From contig JALMLS010000103.1 of assembly GCA_038496445.1 (NCBI GenBank), positions 124,001 through 188,000 of the forward strand: a stretch of DNA of 64,000 bases, given 5' to 3'. The position numbers and the translations under genes are program-made. The notes beneath the pieces are model-generated. The model was not told where the DNA came from and made no database searches. It worked only from the letters and a program-made list of their open reading frames with translations. Of the stretch, positions 12,674-25,772 are shown piece after piece. The number at the start of each line of letters is the position of its first letter. Position 1 is the first letter of the stretch. The DNA is from Trichosphaerium sp. ATCC 40318 (taxonomy: Eukaryota > Protista > Tubulinea).

Positions 12674-15600
12674 ATGGCTACAGAAGCAAAGATTCAAAGC
12701 CTACAACGCCATTTTGGTAATGGTATTGATAGAGATGTATTAGAAAGCGTATTGGTACGTACAACTCTTTAATAGTACCTCAGAGTGATTACTTACGCGG
12801 TAAATAAGGCTGTAAATGATGGAGACGTTAACTTGTCTATTACGTTTTTAACTGGCCAACAAGGCGACTACATAGTAGATCCAAACGTATGTAACCCCTT
12901 ATAACGAGTTATCTAAAAAAAACAACATTTAACACAAACGCCTAGCAACCTACAGATGGACTCCCAAACGACTACCCTGGTAAAGTAAACACAGTACGCA
13001 ATAAACACAGCTTAAATCATTTATCTCTGTTAACAAACTTCGCAAGGGCGCTGTAGCACGCTCTAGTGTTAAAGTAGAGCCACCAACAGCAAATACACAA
13101 AAAATTTTGGCTTTGAAAAAGCTATTTCTTCAAGAGAGCTTACTTCAAGAACATTTCGCTGTACGCTCATTGCTCCCTACGTTATAAAGACCCCGTTGAC
13201 GTTGATATAAGGCACAAGAAGAGGATTTTGAGCAATACGCCTCAACTCTACTTAGATTATTATTTCATAGAGTAGAAATCGTAAAAGGTTGCAGATCAAG
13301 GATATTAGCAACGTGTACGCTTGTTTTAACGAGAAAACTTATTAACTTTTCCGCAAATTCCACAAAACGGCGAAATTTACCCTTTAAATCGTTTAATAAT
13401 ATACCTAGGCTGGGCTCGTAGATGCTATGCATTACCTTCTATACTATTGAAGCATTTTGAAGGTAAACGGTTTGAGAGATTCTTCAAATTTACGTTTAAG
13501 CACCTTGACTAAACTTATTGCTTAGAATTGTTTGCTTTGCCTGAAGTTCTTCGTAGTTTGAAGCTATTAGATGCTCGCCGTCAAATAAGGTACTTCAGTG
13601 ATTATATAAAGCATGTAGGGCTAATGTATTGACCTCAGAGCAATTGAGAAACGTATTGCTCGTCTACAAAAACAAGGAACTGTTAAGGCTAGAAAAATGG
13701 GACAGTTGAAGTCAGCCATTAATGACCTTCAAAAGGAAGCTCTTGAACAAGGATCTGTGTCTGGTGCTTTGTGTAAAAAGATAAAAGCTTGGGTTGGCAC
13801 AATAGATACAGAAAAATTGACTTTCTTCGCCTTGAATATGCCACGTGAACCATGGAGGTATTTTATTGGTTTCTTTTTTGAAATAAGAAATAATTAAGAA
13901 ACCACTTTTGTGTAACCTTACTTTCTTAAAGAGAATTGGCTGATATTGTTCACTTGAATCCGTCATCATTCAAGCTTGACTGGTTCCTGGGATTTGTATT
14001 TGGCGCTCCAGCACCACAAGAAAGTATCTTGACAGCTTGCGAAGGTATGGTTATTTAAATCTTTCGTATTTTGTTTTTTTTTTAGTTGCTTACTGGTTTT
14101 ACAAACAGGTATTTCCACAGCAAATGTTGTAGAAATATTACAGAAACACGAAGTACCATATTCGTATTTGAGGCTACACGTCCGCCCTTTGGTACGGCGA
14201 CAAATTTGATTTTTTCCTTTTTTTGTCGGGTTGTTGACCAAGCATTTTTCGTTGCATTTTCTCTGACTATTTTTTGTTTAGCCAGATGCCGCTAAAGCAC
14301 AAATTGCTTTATACGCTCCTATTGATACATTAATTTGGTATCATGAGGAGTTATCCACTGTCCAGGTTAACAACACAATTCAAGCGCGTCTTCAAGCTGG
14401 AGAATCTGTTACATTTTCTTATGGTAAACTGATGGAACGTCTTCTTTACTTTAAGGTACGTCGCTCTTTGACTTCTCTAACCAATCACTGTTTTATCGAT
14501 ATACCGTATACTAACAGGTCTACAGAGAATCAATGCACCATTCTACGAGACCCTCATACCTCTGGCTGAGGACAGATTGAGTAAAATCGATTTGGAGTTG
14601 GAACCGCCTGTATCCGTTTTGGGTGACGCTTCTTACTCTATGGATGTTGCTATTCGTACATCTACCATTATATCATCAGGTATATCAATCAAAACCCTTT
14701 CGTACTTCATGTTGAAGCTAATCTGTGAGCTTTTTTTAGTGCTTACTGTTCTTACTGCTGCTGAGCTTAAGTTCTTCCATACTCGTGTTGTAGATCCACC
14801 TTGTTATCCTGCTTCTATTAGACAAGTTATACAAGTTGCAGAGAATGTAAAAGCTGATGGTATGACAGCACCAGCAGCCGGTTTATGGTATGTAAATTGT
14901 TTTGTAGATTTTTTTGCGTTTTTCTGTTTTACTCACGTGCTGTTAACTTGATGGGTTTTAACATGTATTATAGGCCCTACTACCAACAAAAAAAGAGGAT
15001 CAAATTCTTTGTTGTTGTTACAGGTACATATTGTTGTTGGAAACTCTGTTCTGGACGCGAAAACCCTTCTGACTTTGTTTTGTTTAGATGAAATCGAAAA
15101 TATCAAATTTGATGATCGGTACTACTTCCCTGATCTATTCCAGAAGTACTATGAAGAGGTATACCCTGCAAAGATAGTATTTGTTTCTTTCTTGGAGAAT
15201 CCAAGTCAAAAAGGAAGAATGGTACGTACCATTAGAAACAGTTTGAAGCAACAAACTAAAAAACGAGAAAAAAAAAACGAAATACATTTCAACTGAACAC
15301 GTGCAATCTGTGGCGCTTTCTGCTTTTTTTCCACCCCTTGAAAGTTATTTCATACAGCGAAATAAACGTTAATGATATCTTCGATTTAATAACTTTTTTT
15401 AGGTGACTTCCTTGGAGAATATGGGATTTGATGTTTTACAGTTCCGTCTAGATGGAAACAGACCAGATCTTACAAAGATGGATACTTTACTTGGTCTTCT
15501 TGCATCTGAAGCATCTACATTCTCAGGAGCTGTAACTAGGCTTGCTACACTCTATAAAAAAGAAGGTCTTGATGCTGTTATTAATGCACTTATGAACCCT

Positions 15601-16059
15601 GTCCTTAAAAAGAAGAAAAGAAACTTGATTCAAGATCAACAGAATAAACAAATAGAACTACCTGATAGCGATGATGAGGAAGAAGGAGATGATAAAGATG
15701 TTAAAAAAGAAGAAGGTGGATTAGTTGAAGCTAGAAGAGAGTTCAGTGATTCTATTGCTGCTAAAGAACAAGAGATTGAGAAGTTAAAGAATGAGCTTAA
15801 TGTATTACAAGCTAACCTTGGCAGTCAAGCTATACCACAAGACTTTTTATGTCCTATTACACAGGTATTATTCCAAGATCCTGTTATTGCTGAGGATGGA
15901 CATTCTTATGAGAGAAGCGCTATTTCTTCTTGGTTTGAGTCACATAATAGATCACCTATGACTGGACAAGTTCTTGATAGTAAGCATCTTATACCTAATC
16001 ATGCTATTCGTAAGGCTATAGCTGAATTATTGGAAAGAGGCGCCTCACCTGATGTATAA
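12674..16059 (+). CDS. CUE-domain / TROVE-vWA-like / U-box protein (putative E3 ligase), multi-exon
   Basis: N-term IQSLQRHFGNGIDRDVLESVLAVNDGDVNLSITFL (CUE-like); MIDAS-like VLGDASYSM and FVVVTDEIEN; C-term FLCPITQVLFQDPVIAEDGHSYERSAISSWF...SPMTG...LIPNHAIR (U-box). Confidence 0.8.
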
Positions 16060-16500
16060 ACAAAGTACAATAAAAAAAACAATTAAATTTCATAAAACGT
16101 TAAGAAGTTTTATTGTTTTGTTTGTGTGACGCTTGAGTGATTGTTATAGCCTACAACAATGATAGGGAATCCATATGGGATTGTTGCTAAGCTTTAACCC
16201 TTTTGAGCGCACAGACTGTGCTGTGATCTCATCCAACTTACGACATTGCTAAACTCAGACACTTTAACTGATATCACATTTGATTCAAAAAAAATGCGAC
16301 TGCCTACTTTATCTTTTTCAGACATAAACAATTTCAAACTCTGGATGGGCGTCTTTCAGAAAAGGTATTGGAATAAATACTTGAGTCGCTAGGAGTAGTT
16401 TCCAAGTGAAAATGTTCAAAAAGCGAACAAGTTGCTCCTTTTTGAAAAATCACTAAACTGCTTTATTCAATATTTAGAACCTTTTTTTTTTACTTCTCTT

Positions 16501-19121
16501 CTAGCTATATAAAGCGTTCATATAAGCACGAAGGACTGGTTTAAGAATACCAGAATCAGCTGTTAAGGTGAAGCCTGTCATGTAGCTAAAAAATAAGAAA
16601 ACTCATTAATTTCAGGTATTGTTTAGACATTAGTACGTACACGCTTGCCATTCCTTCTGATGATCCAGGGTTTCCTTTTACTTCCTCAATACATGCTTTT
16701 AAATCACCTAGCCACGCTTGAACATCAAAATCTGTGCGATCTCCAAGCTGTAGGTTCATACTAGTGAAAACGACATGAGAAATTTCTTGGGTTTTTTTTC
16801 TTGGTTTTTTTTTACCATATTGGTTTTTGCATCCTATTGAAGTTCTTCCATCCGCGTGCTTCCAAAGCATCAGCTACCATCAAACTATCTGCTGCCGTTG
16901 TTCTAAACGGTAGACAACATGCATCTGGGGATCCAACAATCTCAACTCCGTCCATATCATTGATACTACACTTTTGTTAACAATACTTTAATAAGAGTTT
17001 CAAACATACCCTTTCACAACCTCGTCAAACGTATCTTGACAACGTCGAGCTGATTTCATAAATCCTTGTTACGATATTAGACACTCCATTACTTATAAAT
17101 CTACATGTACCATCTTCACCCATTGAGATCATAGCAGCCCAAGCACTCGCTTAAACAAAAAGACTAAGAATAAAGTAATTTTACACAAACGTTTACATAC
17201 CTAGAATTCCACCTGAGCGAGATCCAGTCATTGAAGGTGAAGCGTATAACCCTCCTATTACAAAATAAATACACTTTTCAATACTTACTCAGAAAGCAAT
17301 CGTTCTTACCACACCAGAAAGTTGTAGTATAAAAATGATACTTTCTAATTTCGGCATCCCTTTGAAAAAACACTTAGTTTTGTTTGATGGATTAACAAAT
17401 ACTGAAACTTACTTGAATATAACTGTACTAACTCCTTTGGCTACATGTGCGTACTTGTGTACATCTGCAGTTATAGAAGTAACGCCAGGAACTATTTAAC
17501 AATAAACAAACTGGTGTCTGTTCAAAAGACAAAAAGAGATCCAAAAGAACTGCTTCATTACCTTTCAAGTTATACTTTTTGGTTATAACACCCATCTTTG
17601 ATAACCAAGGAATCAAAAAACCTCCCAAGCAAGAATCTAATTTTATCATAAACGACTCATGTGCTTAATCAAACAGAAAAAAAAATTTGTTCTTACCAAC
17701 ATGAAATGGAACACCTGCCGCCTTACTGATGCCAGCAAGAGTTGGTATATCGTCAATATGTCCATGAGGCCTTATGGATATCGTAAGATTCAAGGCAAAA
17801 AGGTGAAACTTCTTTATTAACGAGAAGCAGAGAAACCGTACCAACATGGTGCAGAAGCAGCGCACTGAAAAACAAGTTAGTATACAACCTCGAAGCAGCT
17901 CGTACCATGATTGTATTTTTGTTTATCCTTGATTTGTACGCCGGAATATCAACAGTAACGTCTGCAGTCAGTGGTGTTGTTATGAATTCTACGCAAAGAT
18001 ACTCACACGCCTAAAAAATAAATAAACTTTTAAGAAATAATTAAGAAACAAATCTATACCTTCTTGAAAGCAGGATGAATAGTTACTGGTCCGACCCTTT
18101 TTTTACCAAAATAAGTACACTCATTACAACAACGAAAAAGTATAAAATAACAACTAGAATAACACAAACGCCAGGAAATTAATGTGGGAAAATAGCACGT
18201 GCATATTTGGTTTTGTGATTCCTTTAACTTCTTTTGCGTAGTCTCTGTACGCTTTTACTGTCATAAGAATACTTTCTGTACCACCCGTTGTACAAACACC
18301 AACACAGTCATCGTCGCCACCAAGCATATTAATAGTCATACGGATAATGTCGTTCTAATAAAATTAAGCTTACTTCAAACTTGAAAATTCTCGTACCTCA
18401 AACTTTCTGACTCCTGGGAATACAAGCGGGTACGTAGCATTTGTTCTTTCGAACATACAATAAGCTTCCGTAGCAATAGGTATTTTGGCGCCATATATAC
18501 CAGCCATTGCTTTTCCTGACTTGAATGACTTCTGATTGGCTATTTCTTCCTAAACAAACTTAGTTTTATTGTTTTTCCGAAAAAAAAACTGTTCGTTCAC
18601 CAACCTCAAGGTATCCTTTGATTTTATCAGAATCTACACCCTAACAACGATATTATTATTTAAAAAAGTGCTTAAATCCAAAATGGATAGAAACAATGTG
18701 TACCGATGCTGGAATAGTCAAAAATCTATTCTCATCATTTTCTTTTGTCTTTTTAACCATTTCGACAACCTATGATAAGGAAAAGTTTTTCTTTAGATCT
18801 CATTGACAGGTATTTTCTCTTTTACCTTTGATATTGCTTTCTTTTGCTCTCCTTTTATAATCCCACGCGTCCCTGGTAATTGTTGACTTTTTTTCAAAAT
18901 ATAAGCGAATAACGTGTCTTTAATGCCTTCAAACAAGCGTTAGGTTGTTTGTGTCGTTGTAATTAAACTAAATAAACGTTTAAATAACACTTACCATACT
19001 TGCGTAAAGAGCTAAATACGTAATAAACCGCTACAGCACATATCACGTGTTCAATCCACCGTAAAGTTTTTGTAGGAAAGTATTGCTTCAAAAACTCGGC
19101 AATACGCGCTACACTGTCCAT
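16501..19121 (-). CDS. SGPL1: Sphingosine-1-phosphate lyase (PLP-dependent, group II decarboxylase fold), multi-exon
   Basis: TTGGTESILMTVKAYRD, PHGHIDDI, HVDSCLGGF, SITADVHKY (PLP lysine), YASPSMTGSRSGG; N-terminal membrane anchor. Confidence 0.9.
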
Positions 19122-19437
19122 GACACGAGCTGTGTTTAAGACGATGGTTGACCAAAGAACCTAAAGTGAGTTATAGTCGTCTACTTTGTTGACTTCACAA
19201 GTGTCATGATTCGTGTCAATGGCGACACATGTGAATCAAACAGAGCTAGCTGTGATGTGTTATACAGAGAGTTGTTCGCTTGACAAAATGTCCTACTATT
19301 TGACACTTTTTTTAGCAAAATTGGCCTTGTTTGCCGAAAAAAAAAACTGGTTTTTGGTCTTTCTTTTGCCTGTCTAGCGAATTCAACGCATTTCGAAAGC
19401 TACTAGGTACATCACTGAGTTTGCAACCAATACTACC

Positions 19438-22326
19438 ATGAGCTTCCCATCACGTACTGTTAGCACAAGGTGAGTTCAAAAAAAACTGTTTTAAAACGCG
19501 TTGTATTGGTGCCAACCGCTGTTATACAGGTTTGGGTACCTTGATTTATCCAGCTTGAAACCAAAAGCTGCCAACGCAGGCCCAAAGTCTCCACGTGCGA
19601 CAAACTCTGGTTTCGATACGTTTGAAGTCATATCAGACATGTGTCCTGGCAAAGAAAGCAAATGGCCTCACAGAAGCGTTAATACGAAATTTATGTGCAC
19701 AATGGGACCAGCAGTACTAGAGGAGGGTAAAATGAAAGAGTTACTACAAAGCGGCATGCAAATAGCAAGATTTAATTTCTCGCACGGCACTGCACAAGTA
19801 CGTTACTCTAATGATGTCCTTCACGCTAAAAATGGCGCTCTACAATTTTTTTAAACGCAAAAACGAGCACATTGAACAAAACATTCGTAGCAGCTCAGAA
19901 TTTGGGTATTTTAGCCTCGTTTAGCTTCTAAGCTTTATTTTATTCCTTCACGTGATTTGATGGTTGTTTAGGATCGTATGAAGGCCTTGGAATTACTTCG
20001 TAACGCTGAAAAGGAGACTGGCATACAATGTGCTACATTATGCGATACTCACGGCGCTGAAATAAGAACGGTAAAAAGAAGAAAAACTGAAAATTGTTTT
20101 AGGCTTTTTTGAACGCCTCTGCGTTTGGGAACCTTTAGTTCTCGTTGCTATGTTATCCTTTGAACCCGTAATAATGTAAATTATGAGTTACAACATGAAC
20201 TATGAGAATTGGAGACCCTGAATCGCCTCTTTGTGACATTTTTATTTATTTTTTACAAACCGTTGTTTTGTTTTATTTTTAAATTGCTTCTAGGGTAAAG
20301 TTACAGGCGGTAAAGCTTTTCTAAAGGAAGGAGAGAAGTTTAATATCTACGTGAACTACATGATTGGTGACGAAAAGGGTGTATGCTTGAGAGACTTTTG
20401 GGAGTTTCCAAAGTTTGTTCAGGTACTAAAATAATAATTATGCGATTTGTTTGATTTGACATCCTTCTGTAGGTTGGAGATATCTTGCGACTTGATTACG
20501 GTTTAGTTAGCCTTAAAGTAACAGCTGTAAAAAAGTTCAGTGTTGAGACAGTAATTGAGAACAGTGGACCTTTGGGTGATCATAAAATCAGTACTGTCAT
20601 TTTTCTTTTCAAGCATGTGCTCCACAACTGCTTTATTTGTCTTCTCTCGTTACTTATAAGTATAGTTACTGTCTTGGGACAAAAAGGATCTATCAATGAT
20701 AGACCTTTCTTGGCATACAAGGATACCATTGATATTGATTTTGCAATCCGCAATAACTTTGACTTTATCGCAGCGTCTTATGTTCAAGTATGTTCTTACC
20801 GGCTTACAAAAAAGATATTGTATTAAACAAATTAATTAATTAATAGAGAAAAGAAGATGTTTCAGAACTCAGGGAGCTTCCTGGTGTACGTCAGAACCAA
20901 AACCTAAAACAACCTTCTTTTTCATTGAAAAGTTATTGGTTCTACCCGATCTGGAAAACATTTATTTTTAAAATCTATGTAGGTTGCAGAGTCTGGTATT
21001 GCTATCATCTCTAAAATCGAGTCTCAATTGGCTTATGATAACTTGGAGGAGATTATTAGTGTTTCAGATGGTATTTACCTTACCCGCTCAGATATTGCTG
21101 TAGAAGTACCTATTTGGAAGGTAAGACAATCAATGTTCTCTGCATCACGCACAGAATTATTACTAAGACAGTTTTGCAGATCTGCGAAGTACAAAAAGAC
21201 ATTGCAAAGAAATGTACGTTGTTGAGCTCCTATTTTACTATATCTATTACTGTTTTGCTTTAAGATTCCTACAGTGACTGATATGTTCTTTTAGGTAACC
21301 AAGCAGGTGTTCCTTGCTTTTTGGGTTCACAAGTGTTGACATCAATGGTCAGAAACCCAAGACCAACAAGGTAATTAAATTTTGTTGGGTACGACTTTTT
21401 CTGTGCTTCTTATGCCTCATAGAGCTGAGTGTACTGACGTTGCCAATGCTATATACGAAGGATATGATGGTCTTTGTCTTACTACTTGCACTGCTATTGG
21501 AAAATACCCAGTAGAGGCTTTGGAGCAACTTACAAAGATTGCAGTTGAAGTAGAAAAAGAACAAGGGTAAGGAGGCCATTCTTTTCGCATTTAGAAAGGC
21601 ATTTTCTTATTTGTCTATCTAGTTCCTATGATCTGTACGTTAAAATGAGACAACATGTTCTACGTACAGTAGATGTTGTAAGCACCACAGAGGTACATAG
21701 TTGAACCTTTTCTCGTTTTTTTCTTAGAAATGTTGCTTCTATTGTCACAATTTTTTTTTATCTTGTGCTAAAACTTTGGATTAGACTGTTGCTTCTTCTA
21801 TTGTAAAGTCTGCGTGGGATCTTAATGCAACTCTCATTTTGCTTCTATCTCAAAACGGAGACAACTCTAGATTTATTGCAAAATACAGACCTCATTGTCC
21901 TGTAATTTGTGTTACTGATGGCAAAACTGCCCGTCAAGTATTACAGCATAGGTAAGTGCATTTCAACTTTTTTAAGCTCAGTAGTGACACTAAAGTTACA
22001 TTTTTTAAATTGGCACAAATGCTGTCAATGTAAAGATAGTTTTAATCGCTTTTGTCTGTTTGACTCTAATTGGGTTTTTTTAGATGTTGTTCTGGTAGAG
22101 TCGTAGATAATATTGGAGAACAAATTGCTAAAGGTAACGCAGAATCTATCATTAAAGACACCATAGAATACGCTAAGAAGCAAGGTAAGATAAAATGTGA
22201 AGAGAATTTTATCACTTCTGTATTTTACTAATTTGGTTTCTAGGTCTTGTGGAATCTGGTGAACATATAATAGTAGCCTCTGGTAAAGAAGAAATTAGCC
22301 ATTACGTTGTAAGAGTGGTAGAATAA
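19438..22326 (+). CDS. pyk: Pyruvate kinase-family protein with divergent active-site motifs, multi-exon
   Basis: TKFMCTMGPA, IARFNFSHG, DTHGAEIRTG, IISKIES, PRPTRAECTDVANA, GKYPVEA, AKYRPHCPVI. Confidence 0.9.
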
Positions 22327-22489
22327 TAAAACCAAGACGAGCAAGCAATAAAATGTTCTTTTTGTGCTGCATTTGTTAAAGTTGAGGGTTTTCTATTATT
22401 TAGATAGTTAGAATGATATTCTCGACTGTCTGGTTTACTATATCATTGAATCAAATACCAAGATCAACTAGGTATGATTTGTTATTATT

Positions 22490-22656
22490 TCAGTATTGAA
22501 CAGACTGTTGTGAAGACATAGGGCTGGATTGCCATCCTTGTACATGCAATGTACTTGCAGTGTACCTCTATCGTTCCATTGTTTGTATTCTCCATGTAGC
22601 ACACAACCTTTTTTATAGCCACAATGTATCTTCATCTGTCCATTTTGTACACAGTG
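22490..22656 (-). pseudogene. MORN-repeat gene relic
   Basis: Minus strand reads NGQMKIHCGYKKGCVLHGEYKQWNDRGTLQVHCMYKDG, the same repeat as 8165-9073, with no full gene around it. Confidence 0.6.
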
Positions 22657-22839
22657 AGAAAGACTATTCGAACAAGTCTTAGCAAGTCAACGAACCGGTG
22701 TGCAGTGAGTGTAATTTAGTTGCCACAAGCGTAAGTACGATTGAAAAGAAAACCTGAGGTTGCATTGATATGATGAGTGTTTGTTGCTCTGAGAGCAAGA
22801 TTGACAACATGAACAACGATTTATTTGGTTCTTTTTTTT

Positions 22840-24658
22840 TTAGCTTTCCAAAGCATCCAATCGTATACGAACTTCTTCTATTTGGTTATCAACACATACT
22901 TGCGTTTCTTCATCACCGAGAGCATCACAACGAAGAGAAAGCGCTGCTTTGCTAGCCAAAACACGAGCAATCTACGAAAAATGTGAGAATTGACCATATT
23001 GATGTAAGCGAGCTTAAGGTTGAAGTTGCAGGTATGTTTTCTTTCACTAAAATAGTTTTTTTGTTGTTTGCTCACTTGTGTTGACTAACAAAATCAATGC
23101 TTTAGAGTGTTAGATAATGTGGACATACCATTCCTTTTGGTTCAGTAGATTTAATGAAAGAAGAGTGGTATATTAGGCCATATTTTGGTGTATTACCATT
23201 ATTTTTCAATGCACGAAACAGAGCTTTTTCTGCTCCAAGAATTTGTATTGTAGAAGCAGGGATCTTCATCTTTTGTGTGGCACTAAATACCTTTGAAATA
23301 CGTTTTGCGTCCCAATCTGGGCTCAATAGGCTTGAGACACTAGGAGCAATAATCTAACAAAGTTTTATGAGGGCTGAGAAAAATAGGAGAAAGCAAGAGC
23401 GAGAGTTGCGTAAAACGAAGGATTATGAAGCATGAACGTACATTCATTTGGTTTTTGATGTTTGCTATTAGTTCTTTCTTGTACTGTAATGCTTCTATGA
23501 CATCATCACAATGTTGCGTAATGGCGTTGATATCTTCTACTGATACATCAGTACCCATACTCTGCTCAGCGGCTATTTGTAGTTGTGTAATAGTATCATT
23601 ATCCATAAGAGATGTCAAATCAGTTTTAGCAATATTTTTTCTGTTACCTACAACAAAAAGGTTAAAAAACAGAGATTGATAAAGTGATCAGTTCATAAAC
23701 CAACATAATGAAAATCACGGGGGGTGGGTGTAGTACCAACTAGTTTGACAACTTTAACATATACTATATCATCGACGATATTTACCATTTCTGGAAAATG
23801 CCATCCATACCACTCTTTAACACGCAGTACTTTTGTTTCAATTTTTTTTTCTGTTTCCTCCAAAAGAGCTAAATAGACTTCTTGTTAGTACTGGTAGCAA
23901 GATATTATTATGTCATGACTTTAAAAAACACTTCGTTTTGAACTGAAACTATCAAGGAAAGGAGAGATGGCCTCCGCGCCGTAAATCAATGTCACGGAGA
24001 TTAGCAAAGGATTTATGTCTGTGCTTGAAACATGACAAGTGAACTATAAACAGTGGTGTCACGTACAGATGCTTTCGGCAATCCTCTCATTAGACTGTTC
24101 CTTTTGGTCTATTTGATTGCTAAGATTATGAGCTAGCTCCGTTCTTTTTTGATCCATGTCTATCTTCCCGACTTCACCTTCAAGCAAGGCATCTAGTTGT
24201 TGCCGTATACAACGCATAAGTTCTTGTGTAGAGCTTGTGTGAATGCATTTTATACCAATAGCTTCTTCTATACGCTCTCCGAGCTTATTGTCGGATACCG
24301 CTAGTGTTTTTGTCTTATCGGCGTGGTCGTTGAGAAACTGGATAACAAATCCGTTTACGAAGCTATCAAGTAGTGATTTTGTAGTTTCTGTGGCGTTGAG
24401 TGCTGATTCAAACGGTTGGAACGCCACAACATCAATTCTACCGATTTAAGATAAGTGAATGCCTAAATGGTATCTAAAAGCTCATATACGCACAGATTCT
24501 TTGCATTATTGATGTCTATGAACTCGTTAATCATATTCTTCTCTCTGTCTAAAATTCCGTCATCTTTCAGCTTGAACAAGGCAAGGCCCGCTTATAATTG
24601 GTTAGAATACGTTCGCCTCATTATTGTAAGTACCAGCTGTTGCTAGAAAGACCAACAT
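22840..24658 (-). CDS. NOP58: Nop58/Nop56-family (box C/D snoRNP) protein, divergent, no KKE/D tail, multi-exon
   Basis: MLVFLATAAGLALFK; RVKEWYGWHFPEM; SMGTDVS; PASTIQILGAEKALFRALK...TPKYGLIYHSSFI; IARVLASKAALSLRCDALG. Confidence 0.85.
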
Positions 24659-25772
24659 TCTAAGAAATTTTGACTACGCAAAGACCACTGCCCCAACAAA
24701 CTAAGGTTCAAGATATGGTGAGTGTCGTAAGGTTCACCGCACTCCGACGTATTTTGGCATAGTGGGTTATAATATGCGACCAGTTCCATGTTAAAAAGCT
24801 AAAGTACTACTTTTGCAATTTACAAAGTTTGTTTTCACGCGATAATTTTGTCGTTTCAACCCATCGTTATGAATAAAAAGCGTGAAAAGAGGAACGTTCA
24901 GTTATACCTTCAGTGTTGCGGTTGTACTTCAATCAATGCTTGCATTAAAGGCTGTTTAGGTACACTGTTACCAACAGAATTGCACCACAGCTAAAGGCAC
25001 AACTCTTTCTGAATTAATTGTTGTAAACAATCACGTTTTGAAACTTGGAATTTTCTAAGCCAACACTGAAATGTCCTAAACGATCTTTATCTAGAAGGCA
25101 AGAATATCATCATTTCTGTTTACACCAGCCAAGAGTAAACAATTTGAAATGGCTGGTGGAATCAGAAAATGTTTAGTGGGGAAATTGGCAAGTTTAGTAT
25201 TATTTGGTCAATTTTTGGAGAGTTTGTTCGAATATTTATGTGTACAAATACGCTGACTGTAGTTAGAAAAGTACGGTGATAAGTCCTATTGCAAAGCAGT
25301 TTCTTTACGTTTGTTGTATCTAACCTAGCGCACTAGCGAATATTCTTTGTAAAACACGCGCTAGTCGCTTGTTTATGGAGAATCCAAAACATTGTTGGTT
25401 TAGTGATCTACTATTGGCTTTGAACTATATCCTGTAGCGGAGTAACAAATACAACGCGTTGCGCTAGTTGTAGTAACTTGCTCGATAAGTCCTCGCAAGT
25501 TCTTGGCTCTCTGTCACTCCATAACCCTACACTAATCGGCCTTTTTAATCTCGCTTTATTTTAAAGGGCAAATGAACCCGATAAACTAACAAAACCAGAA
25601 CGTATTAAGCAACCTTGGTGCGTGTTATATACTATTTAACGGCTTTTTTAGCCAGTACACAATGATAACGTTATGTTACGGAAAATAAATCACGTGTTTT
25701 TCAGAACATTTTATCACGTGATGTGTACACAAACAAAACAAATCAGTAAACACAAAACAACACACGCAACAG

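Noticed and set aside
23650-24060. Possible snoRNAs in Nop58 introns
   Set aside because: No convincing RUGAUGA/CUGA pair or H/ACA double hairpin by eye; needs an Infernal/snoscan search
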